DNA of 64,000 bases, taken from assembly GCA_976226885.1 (NCBI GenBank), contig OZ320313.1, positions 30,690,001 through 30,754,000 on the forward strand. The letters run 5' to 3'. Below, piece after piece: positions 12,401 through 24,400 of the stretch. The stretch comes from Iphione sp. A-MEVVRFRX5. Taxonomy: Eukaryota. The notes below the pieces were generated by a model. It saw only the letters and a list, made by a program, of their open reading frames with translations, was not told the origin of the DNA and did not search any database. Position numbers and translations under genes: made by a program. The first letter of the stretch is position 1; every line of letters starts with the position of its first letter.

Positions 12401-15400
12401 CAAAGACAACAGCAGGTATTAATACAACAGATTGAGAAGAAAAAATGCCAAAACTATACTTGAAAGATACCAGTTATTTTGCTAAAAAGGCTTTATTATG
12501 TAGAAGCACGTTGCTTGCGTAAGCGTTTGACACTTTCTACATTAAAAACTACTAACAACATAAATGGTGAGTTTAAGAATAAATCTTACCTTGAAAGGGG
12601 AGCCATTTAGTCTTTTGCCAAAGTGGCATGTTTTTAATATTGAAATCAATGCGTGAACTATATACTTGTTAAAGGGAAAAAAATGAGAAAATAAATTTTC
12701 AAACTTATAAAAGTGATAAAGGCTCACCTCTCAATGTCTCCCGAGGACCACTTTAAAGACTCCTTACCTGTATCTTGCATTAAAGTCGAGTTACACACTT
12801 AATGCACGGAGGTCCTACAGTACTTTTGTCTTACAAAAAAAAATAATTCTGTAATCAAGTGAGGTTAACTTTCACAGCCACAACGATAATAGGTTTCAGG
12901 TTTCTGCAATATCCTCTTGGAAACAGGTGATTGCTGCAGTAACTGTGGAGAGGAAAAAACACCACTTCTTTACGGACAGCCACACGTACGGACAATAAGC
13001 TGGAAATGAAGAAAAGGACGTTGCTATTACAGTTGTGGGTCTGGCAGGTAGACGGGAGTAATGTAAAACCACATAGGTCAGGGCCCGCCCGGTGTAAAAA
13101 GGTTCCTCATCACACTGCTGGTCTCCCGAAGCGTGCAGGCCATCTCTTAGGAAAGTTTCCTTATGATAGTGATCAGAAAAAGCATAAATGTACATGAACA
13201 CTGGACGATCACCACCCCTTGGCTTTGCATTAAACAAAAACCGAATAGATCACAATAGACAGACACCATACATGTAAACATACAATATCCCTGATGCTGA
13301 CAACCTCGTTAAGGTGCCCTAGAGTAAAGTTCCTTGATGTAGACCTAACAGTGTGCTCTCCCAACAGTAGTCTCCCCGACATTGGAGCACAACATTGTGC
13401 AGCACAAAGCGCACTGACACTCACCTTTGCCTGGCTCGAAGGCCCCACTACCCCAGAGGTCGCCACCGTTTGTTGTGGCTGCGGTCTTGTTGTTTGCCGC
13501 AGTCCCTGAGGGGGCACTGGGGAAGGCGCTGCTGAAAGCGCTACTGCCTCCCCACGCATCATTCGCTTGGTTCGTCTTGGCAGTGGACTTGGGGAAGGCA
13601 TTGTCAAAGCCCCAGCCATTGTCTTGGTGAGGGAGAAAGAAATGAAAGAAACAAAATAATGGGAACTAATTCTCTACGTGCAAGAGAAGTCGATGGAATA
13701 ATCAAAAGAAGAACAGCACATAAACAAGAGAGTTACAAAACAATGTCTACCCTACATCTATTTAGCAGGAAATTCGTTAAAAACAGATACAAGCTTGTCA
13801 TTTCACTCCAAATGGCAGCCCTGGCTTTAATGAGCTTAAAGCGTTAACCTGCAATGTACTGAAGTTCGATTAGTGTTTATGATTACAAGGTGGCTGATAC
13901 ACGACACTACAATACAACTATGTCCGATCTAGACTAAACAAACTAACACTTTGACAATATCTCATTACCTAGGCATCTGACAAAAAGCACAGAAATATGG
14001 CTGATATTTACCTTTTATCTCATTCAGTCCCTCACTGAAATTGACGAAAAGTAACAAAAAAATATCATTTATACGTTTTGGAGCTTAGTGACATGGTTTT
14101 AATATCAAATAGCAAAAATATAGAATGTACACATGTACATGTAGTTGCCTTTTGCAAGTGTGAAATTCATAAAACGACACATTTTTCTCAGATTACAAAT
14201 ACTGACCTATCACTTGCGATAGTGGACCAGAAAAATAAATCATTTCAATGGAAAGGTTTCCGGTATTCAAAAAGACTCGCTTGTCATACACTGAAAGGAG
14301 AGCTCTTTTCATTTCGTCTAGGTTGTCACCTAAAGTTCCCGATACACCCTGCCTGTTAAAATATATATATATGCTGCCTTCATACTTCTCTGGCGTTTGA
14401 ATGCCATCTCGCTGCCGCTTGATCTTCTTCCACTCGCTCTGCTTGCTGTTGAGGTCAGCGAGCAGCTCCTGGTGTTTGGTGGTCAGCTCTGTTAGCTTGG
14501 TATTGATTTCCTACGACAAAACAACAACATAACATTTGATTAAATCTGCCTAGGATCAACCATTTGCCCAATAAATATGAAATGTCCGGTTGTCTTTCAC
14601 AAAGTATTCAGCATCCATAAATCATACTCGTGAGAATGTGGAGTACAAAATACGTGACAATCTGCTGGGCTGTATCTCAGGGAGACACCTAGTGTCCTAT
14701 GCTGGTACTAAAGTCTGCATAGAGAAAAATAACAAACATCCAACAAAGTTATTTGGTGCAACAGACAAAACAGAGAAGCCTAAGATAGGTCTGAACTGGG
14801 TGACTGCTAGACTAAAAGTGACAACAACCAAGATGGCTGACTGTGGTGGTGCCACTGGGCTGTATCTCAGGGAGACACATGTCCTATACTGGTACTAAAG
14901 CTGAAGTATTAAACCTAGCGGTGCAAACGTAAATGTGCGACTTACATTAAAGGTAGCATTGACTTTGTCTATCTCTTCAAGTTTGGTGGCAGTGTCTTTC
15001 TCCATGGTGTCCAGCTGTGCCTTTAATTTCTCTATGGACTGTTTCTTGGTGTTGTAACTGTGCATGACAGTTCTGTACGTATCACCTGGAAGCACAGAGC
15101 ATCCACCGAAAGGCTGTTAGAAAGGTCTCATACATTGATATAAAAATCACATGTACCGGGTACGTATACAGTTGAGACCCCCGTAGAAAACCAAGCTTGG
15201 GACTGGTCAATGTTTGTCTCTCCCATTGTTTGATCTCATTAGACATACTATACATAGATAGAAATTAATACGTTGGTCTTAGAAATTTGGGTCATTTGGG
15301 TCTGTCTCAATTGGTCTTCCCTGTGATCTGGTCTTTAAGCGGGTTATACATATATATATGTATATATATACAATGTATATACAGTGAAGACTCGAAATCT

Positions 15401-18400
15401 GAACAGACCGTTTCAGACAAAAACATTTGGATTTCGGATATTTTGCATTTCGAATAGTGGCCCATTCCGTTGAAAAACTAAACCAAATTCGTCCGAAAAT
15501 CGGTAAAACCCAGGAAAATTTCTGAACGTTTAATACTCGAAATGATCATTACAAATGAATAATACAAAATAGCTTACTTGTTGTGCTGTTTTGCATCTGG
15601 AGATTTTGCTCCAACTGTTGCCTTTGGAGTTGAATCTCTTGGTGTTTCTGAGTCCACGTCTTGAATGAGTAAAGCGTATACTTTTCTGTAGATAACTACA
15701 CCATGAATCGAATAACAACAAATGGAAAAACGATACTATCATCTCCAAATCCAAACTAAAATTTGCTGATGAAAAAAGGTGACGTACCGAACCATTTGCT
15801 CATAAAACTATGTAAGAAACCATTTGCTGTGTGATACCCCCCCAAAAAATCCAAAATGCACCAGCATCGTAAATATTCACTTCAAACTCTCACAACCTTA
15901 ACATCAAGCCACGAGGATTAAAATAAAGTCGTTGACTATTCCAAATGGTCAACATACAACGGTGGCAGCACTAGAAACATTTGCTTCATTTTTGAGAAAG
16001 AGAGAGCGCTTGCCCTCTGCCATAGCTTTTATAGCATGAAGACAATAGTCCTATGCAGTTTACCATAAGGTCCTGTTGGAAGTGGTCGATGTCGCTCAGC
16101 CTGGTGTCCCGTTGTACACGCATACCGTCAATGGTGCTGGTGAAGTCAGCCACGCCTTTACGGGAGGACTCGATCTTGACATGCAGCTCCCCCTTCCGGG
16201 TCTCCTGTGAACAGATGAAATAATGACGAGTGAACGAGGTGGTTTTTTGAGTCATGCTTTCAACTCCACACACACTCACATATTCTAGATACGTTAACGG
16301 CGATTCTAAAAAAATTTTATCCAGCAAAAGTAGAAAGCTAACCATGACGGTCCGGCCATTTGTTCCCGAGGCGGCACTTGAAGGATTATCAAATATCCCC
16401 TTAATGTACAAGAGATGCAATCAATTCATAGCAGCCATTTACACAAAGATCCCCAGGAAATCCCACTACTTTTGACAAGCACGTTGCAGAGGCTTCTCCG
16501 TAACTTCAGCATTGTTTCTAAACAATAATACTTAAAAAGCTCAATCTGTGAAGGAGGCATCACTTACGAGTGTCTCTAGTTGCATTTTGAGCTTGTCCAC
16601 CTCCGACTTCATTTGGTCCACCTGGTTCTGTTCTCGAAGCTTTTCTGAGATGAGTTGTTCACGCCTCTGTCGTTCCCACTCCAGCTGCCGCTGCCGCTCC
16701 ATCTCCCGCCGTGCTGCCTGAACACAGAACGTCTCAACTACAGTTAAGGCCGTCATGTCTTGGTAAATGAATGCCAAACTGGTGGGTTCCAGANNNNNNN
16801 NNNNNNNNNNNNNNNNNNNNNNNNNNNNNNNNNNNNNNNNNNNNNNNNNNNNNNNNNNNNNNNNNNNNNNNNNNNNNNNNNNNNNNNNNNNNNNNNNNNN
16901 NNNNNNNNNNNNNNNNNNNNNNNNNNNATACCTACACTAAAATGTGCACACAGTGAACTGAGACTCCACAAGAATCACTCAGCCAAGTTACCACGGCCTA
17001 GACAGATGTGGTCTAAGCGCATCGATATTGTCTTTACCCGATCATAATATGGAGAAAACGTTGATAAAAATGATTACACTTCTGACATCAAAAACAACCT
17101 CTTGGAGAGAACTGGTCTGACTCAATTTCCATAAAGTGCAGCCTGTCTTACCTCTCTTTGTTCCAGGGCTTTACGCCGCTGTTCCTCCCTTTGTTCCTCA
17201 ATCTCCCTCTGTTTCTGTAGCAACTTCTCCATCTCCTGTTGCTTCTTTCTCTCCTGCTCCAACCTAAAGGACAAGAAGTTTTAATGATAGAGTACTCAAT
17301 GGCAGTGAATCCTACAATAACGTGTTGAGTGTCATCCACCACACTCTGATTTCGGGAAAACTACTAGTGCGAAACTCGACTACATTGTCAAATTTTCCAA
17401 CTGTAGGTTTATATGTGAATAATACCTGTTTATTTTGCCGGACAGAGAGAGTAATTAGTTAAGTGGACGGCTGGGTACATATATAGTATCTGTGTCTGCT
17501 TGTCCTTCCAGCAGGATGCTCCTTCTTAGCTCAGACTAGCTCTATGAGGTTTTCTTAGAAAATTTCCCTCTTCGCTGAGTATACCATGTAGAGTTGGTAC
17601 ATATGCAACATTAGTGTGTCAAGAGGAATTCACCTAACGCGCTCCCGGCGTTCCTGCTCTGCACGCTCATGAGCAAGTCTCTCTTCCTCCATCTTCTTCT
17701 GCTCGGCCCTGAGCAGCTCACGACGCCGCTCTAACTCAGCCTGACCTTTCATGAAGTTCTCCTGGCGTTTATCCTCAAATGTCACTGGATGGGGGAAATA
17801 TGACATGCGGATATGTAAGAGAAAAACTTTACTCTGTGGAAAGATGTTGACTGAAGAAGGGACAGGCATCGAATGCTAGTTATCTTAATCGGGTGCGAAT
17901 AAAGATGGTGGAATTAGGAAAATAAAAAATATAAATATATGGTGTCGTAGTTAGCATTATACATTTTGGGTATGAATTATGTATAAGAAGAAAATATTTC
18001 CGAAGTGCAGTAAAAGGGGGTGTCTTTTATGTCACGTCAAAACGAATGAGAAAATGAAAACAACCATGCTATATAATGTTTCAGAAACAACATTCATATA
18101 CAAGTGAACATTTGGAAAAATATCCCACATAAAAGTAACTTCTGTAACAAAAATAGATCGTGCTTTTGTACAACAAAAAGGAAAATTAAGGAATCTCTTC
18201 AATTTTGTTACGGTAATTAATATAACAGAACAACAGGATAACATCAACATACACCATGGCACTACATAAAAAAAGGCCATCAAGAAATGGGGAAAAAAAA
18301 TCATTCAATTTAAGAGAAAATATCTAGAATGACGGGACGGCACGGCAACTAGAGGCACTACTACATGTGTTACAACCACCATAGAGACACACGCCGGCGT

Positions 18401-21400
18401 GAGTAACAGGCTGGTTTAGGGGTGGGGGTGGTAGTGGTGGTGGTGGTAGTGGTAGCAGTAGTGGGGTGACAATCTGCTGGGTTAGCCCCTTCTTACCCGG
18501 CTGGGTGAGCTCGGCCGGGGCCACTGCCTCCGTCTCGACGGGCGCAGGCACGCTGCCCATGCTATAGCCACCTAGCAAATCACCAAATGCATCTTTCTGA
18601 GCCATGCCTGAAGGAGACCAAGAGATGAGAAGCGCAGAGTTAGTGTACAAGCATGGCATGCAGCCTCTTCCCTTAGTCAGTTCATGCTTACAGACGGGTA
18701 CACAGAGACGAGGTCACACGCCAAATTAGCCAGTCTGTCTGTCTGTCTGTCTGTCTGTATGTCTGTCAGTCTCGGTTTTTCTCTCATGTACAAAGACACA
18801 TTCATACACAGATACACTGCACATGCACATAGGTATGTACCTTGAAATTAAGTCTTATGAAGCCATTTACCCACAGATCCACACACACACTTAACAATAA
18901 CCACACGTGATGAGCAGCTGGTAACACATGCAAACATCGTAGCTTACACACATACGTATATTCACTGATGTCCAACTGGATTAAGATTTTACAGTTTCAA
19001 GAAAGCGGAATGTTAGCAACGCCAAACATTTAAAACGGATCAGAAAGAGAAAGAGCTTGGTTGACACAATATGACGACGTAAGGTATATTATTTCTAACA
19101 TTGCTCTTTTCAGTACTTGTTTCGCTGAGATAGCATAAACACTAAGTAAACTTTCCCCGTAGCCCAAAACCAAATACGGGCTACTTAAGACTACTACATT
19201 AAGTGATGTTTGTTCCTTAAGCAAAAAATCTAAATGGTGCTTCCAGGTTTTGAATAATGCAGTAATACTTCTGTTAATGCAGTAAATTCATTCCATTGTG
19301 ACTATACTTTGATACTTTGGTACAGAATTAAAGAAAAGGAACGTGGCAACCCACCTAAGACGACAGCATGATGACGTTTGGCAAAGGGCCTTTTATTTTT
19401 GGTCTCAAAAAAATTCCCGTAATTTCATGTTTAAATTCAAATCAGGTATGACAGCAACTATGAATAATTAATGCAATCCAGCATCGGAAAACACCAAATT
19501 TGGTACCACAGCGACAACTCCTTTCTCAGGGAGATTCATCAACAAAGTTATTACTGCAGACACTTATCACTGACTGGGGTATGTACATTTACATGCCCCG
19601 AGCTTACAGAAATGAGAGCGATCCTTAAAATCATTTTCTTAATCGTCAATTTTATAGTTCAACAAACAGAACAAGGGTCGTTATCATATTTATTCAGATT
19701 AACAAGAAATTACTACGAATGCATTCAGACATATCGTGTCTTATAACCAATGCTTTCTTCCCTACTGATTAGAATGGCTCAAGGGGAATAAAGCGGTTTC
19801 TATCAGGAGAAAGACCTCATGAGCTTCACTCCCCCAAGCGAGAGGTTTTGTAAACTGATGCCCTTACATGGTAAAAAATATTGATTCTGTCCAACATTAA
19901 CTTACAAGCTCACCTTGCTTTGTCAACACAATATGTCCATCGCAAAAGCCTGGAGTCAATTTCCACATTCTTAATATCCAAATTTCTTCAAATTCTTGAA
20001 GAATTCTCACGATACTTTTGACGATTTTCTATTGAAAGTTTCTTAATTTCCCCAATTTGGCAACCAAATTTCCCCAAACGAGAATCATTAAGATATTGAG
20101 TTTTGAACGACATAGCGAATAAGCAACCAGATCTGATGAGATCTTTCTTCTGCAGCCGGTGTTAAACCTTTCCATGCAGGGTATGGCTAATGAAAAGATA
20201 TAGCTCATGTTAGATACAATCCATACATTATCTACATAGAATATCAGTGGAATGCCTCAGTGAAACATAAGACACATTACAGTACATTATCATCGACATA
20301 GATAAAAAAGTAGTTACAGTATGGGCTAGTTTCCATACTTGCATGACTGCATTGCATGTGCACTCCGTGAAATTATCAACACACTGTAAATTATGTCAGG
20401 AAATCCATACCTGGATTGTGTGTGTGTGTGTTGCATTTGTGTTGCACGTGTCCTGTTCGACAACAAACTCTAATTGGAAATTTCATGTACATGTATGCAC
20501 AAGCACCAGCAAAATACGGAACAGGGACCTGGGACTAGGCTTACAATACGAGAGCCATGAATAAAAGGGACTTAATTTGCATATTATTACCATAAAAAGG
20601 CACAGTTGCACAAATCAAAGGCATTTGTGAGGGAAGAAAGGAAAAATTCAGGGGATTTGCAGAAAAACTTCATGACTTTTGCAGGAGGAAAAACATTTGG
20701 CACAAATTTAGGCGATTTGTGCAAAAGAGTGGAAATGACACAACACAATGCAAATACAGGCAAAAGTAGGTGCCCCTGGGTTCCCATGTGCCATTACGGT
20801 TGATAAACACGCAACCCAAACACTTACAAAGACTATAACACAAGTATGGAAACTGGTGCTAAGAGAATATGGCCCGTCCATGGTTCCGTCAACTTTCATT
20901 CCCTATGGAAATTGCCACCTTTTGGTAACAGTACCACAAACCAAACAGTAGCTGTTCAAAATACAGAGGTATCTAATGATACCCTGTTTACCTAGACAAA
21001 TAATGTACCTTTATCCAATAAATGATATGCATCTACATGACACCCAGTTATCAACGGATGTATGCTGGTCATGCATACCGACTTTTTCAGTAGGAACCGA
21101 TAGAAAACTGTATGACGTTCTATGAGGAAAACGGTTTATGCTTCAATTCTAGGGTATCAACAGTATACATCGGGCTAGCTGTGATTTTTTGGAACAGAGA
21201 TACACTTGGTACCACTGAAAATGGAGAGGAGAGAAAGAACAGGGAAGGGGACCTATCCGGCCTATTGTCGCCCACCAGCCAATCCATCAGGTGGCCCTAA
21301 TTATTCCTACCTGGGCAAAGAGACTATGACATAGCTTCATGCCTTGAAACTTACACATGAACTTTGTGCATGTCAGTCTGTGTGTGCAACCACATATTAA

Positions 21401-24400
21401 AAGACATAAATATGCCCTTTAAGTCACTTGGAATGATACAAAAATAAGCCACTGTAGTCCATATAAACAAATACCATATTTAAAAATCAGAGCATTTGAT
21501 GCAACCGTTCAGCAGGAGATAGACCCACAAGATTGTGACAAAAGGTAGGACAGTCAGACGGCAGCATTCNNNNNNNNNNNNNNNNNNNNNNNNNNNNNNN
21601 NNNNNNNNNNNNNNNNNNNNNNNNNNNNNNNNNNNNNNNNNNNNNNNNNNNNNNNNNNNNNNNNNNNNNNNNNNNNNNNNNNNNNNNNNNNNNNNNNNNN
21701 NNNNNNNNNNNNNNNNNNNNNNACTTGCATGCATGCATACGTATTTGTATGTATACTGCAGTAAACAGTGCAAATATTGACAGACTTCTAATTTATTTTC
21801 CTTTGATAGTACGTGGCACATTCATGTAATTCCAGTTTTAAAAGAACACACCGAGTTCAAGCAGTATTCATAAACAGTGTATTTCCAGTTAGAAAGTGAA
21901 AAATAATACACACAGCGACCCAACTGACACTAAGACACCCACAAGCACATGTACAAACACAAACGAAGCATAGTAAAGATGTTTTACGCAACACTGCTGC
22001 ACCTCTATATATCTCGAACATGTGATCAGTTACCATCACTATCAAGGACATCTGTGGGTAACGGCCTTGCAAGGAGGAGAGTGACACTACAAAAAGGGGA
22101 TGGTATAACCTCTTTTTCCTTCTCTGCTGTGACAGGAAACACGCCATAATTATAATTTAACAGTTTTCAACATACATAACGAGCAGTTAACATTCATACA
22201 TGAAAGGCACTAGGTCTTCAACTCATAAATAACTCAAATCATCATAGACAAGGGTCAAATGGGAGAAAACAGACTACCTGTTAGTGATGCATCAGACAGA
22301 CAGAAAGACAGAGACTGATAGTCACACATGCCAAAACAAACATACAGAGGGAATCACTACATAGGACAGCGAACCCCCACATTAGACAACAATGACATGT
22401 TGTAAGACACTGTAATATCATCCTCCAGCGTCTGGACGGGATCAACCAGAGACACCGCAAAGCTCCGGTGATAAAAGTCTCAACTATTTTCCATTTTCTT
22501 GGTAGGAAATCCCTGTACACATAGATTTACTGGTCAAGCAGAATAGATTTTTTTGTAGGGTGGTCCAGTAAGTGAGACATAATAATGGTATGTTTAGAAC
22601 AGCGAACTACTAGTTTGGATTTTAAATCCTCCTATTATCCCCATGGACACTTCGATCATGCCCTTGAAAAAGGTCACGGTTAAATAACTTTAGATACATG
22701 CACTGTAACAAGTATTAGAGCAAAAACTTGCCAATACTAGGCAATCCCTTCCTTTTAGTGTTAAAGGATGAACTAATACATGCTTTTCGGTCTGGTATGA
22801 CTCTTAATCAACTTGGTACTAGAATAAACTCCAAATATTTCTTCGCCCTCACCGTAATTGCCATGCGTGTCATTTTTCAAGCCGACAGGCTCATAGGGTA
22901 GTTTAGCACTTACTCGAAATCTTACTTACAGAAACAAACCATGACAAATGTTAATAAATGGTGAATATAGACAATTATTCAACAGATTAAAAAATGTACA
23001 ATTGTCATCATTAAAATTCATACGTGTATTAAATCAATTAAAAAGTCGTGAAGTGTTAGGGTCGAATCCTAAGTCGTTTACATGAGGATTATGTTACCTG
23101 AGAAAATAATGGGTAAAAGTCATTGCTAGATTCTTTGGCCAAGAAAGGCAGAACAGGTATATACAACACACGTCTGCAATTATCATGAATTATGTGCTTG
23201 TGGACAAGGACACGCATGGATCACATACGCAGGTACGGATCTTGGGCCTAATTCATGGGTTATCTATGTTTTAACCCTTTGTCATGACATTATCCGGTAC
23301 AGTGTACATTACTGTTGTTTGAGGTTAGTAAAATGTTCCGATAATTTCCCCAGCACAAAAAAATGGGACGCCTTTGCCATTCCACATTGACTCGAGAAGA
23401 AAATTTTTCTTGCACATCCAGGATTCCCCTTAGAATATATGTACATGTATGTGATGTGATCTTACAAATGATATGAACGATTGAGAGGCTGTCGGCACCA
23501 CTGAATGGTTCAAATAGATACAGCCCACACACAACACACCAATTGCACGGCACTTCGTGAAAATCAACATAGCTGTGTTGTGACTGTGCCTAAAAGAATT
23601 ATCTAGCAACCACTCAATGTTCACATGAGTGACCAACCTGAAAACGACTAAAATTAATTCACAAGAAGCGACACTGCACTCTGCTGTTTGGCAAGGACGG
23701 TTGTTGGCTTCCTACCTGTCATTCCGACACGGTAGGGAACGTTCAGGTTGAGTAGGAATGCCACTGGGGACGTCAGTTCTGAACTGAACGGCCCTGGTAA
23801 TTGGAACAACATTAGGAAAAAAATCCACTGTACTTCTTTTGAAATATGTAATATATATGCAAACTGCATATTGTATATATTAAAATGGTCGCTAAATGTA
23901 TAGGCTTGTACAGGGGAGAAAGGGTTAAAACAGTTTTGGAGGAGTTAGTAAACTTGTTCAAAGTAAAGATGACGGGTTGAAAACCCAAAGTGGTAATTAT
24001 CATTGAGAAGCAACTATAATATTCACAAGAAACCCCTTCCTTTGACGATTTCATAATTAGTAAAAGACAACTACGTATAGAAAATTTGTTTTGACAAAGG
24101 AAAGAAAAATATAACTACCGGGTCATTGATCTTAAGCAGCTGCTGGTATTTTTCTAAACAACTGATCAAATGGAAATCAATTTCTTCTACATTAAGCAAA
24201 CAGGAAACCGGCCGTTGTTCCTAAACTATATTCCAATGTAGACTGTACTTATTGGACTAGGGTTTCACTCTAAATTATCTGTTAAAAAAAAGCTCCCGAT
24301 CTTAACGCATCCTATCAAAGCTCTTCTGTTAGGGAGTCAAAAAGTGCAGTGCAAAATAAGAACTACAATGTATATACAACGTGATGCCCAGAGAGGGGCA

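Noticed and set aside
10640-13420. Searched for SH3A exons or extra exons (acceptors near 12945, 12300, 11900)
   Set aside because: No SH3-like translation found; candidates hit stops or the wrong phase, and the frame closes without them
15660-15690. Alternative acceptor ctacag|AAAAGT
   Set aside because: In phase 0 it reads [10 protein letters not shown], not coiled coil, and breaks the phase with the next exon
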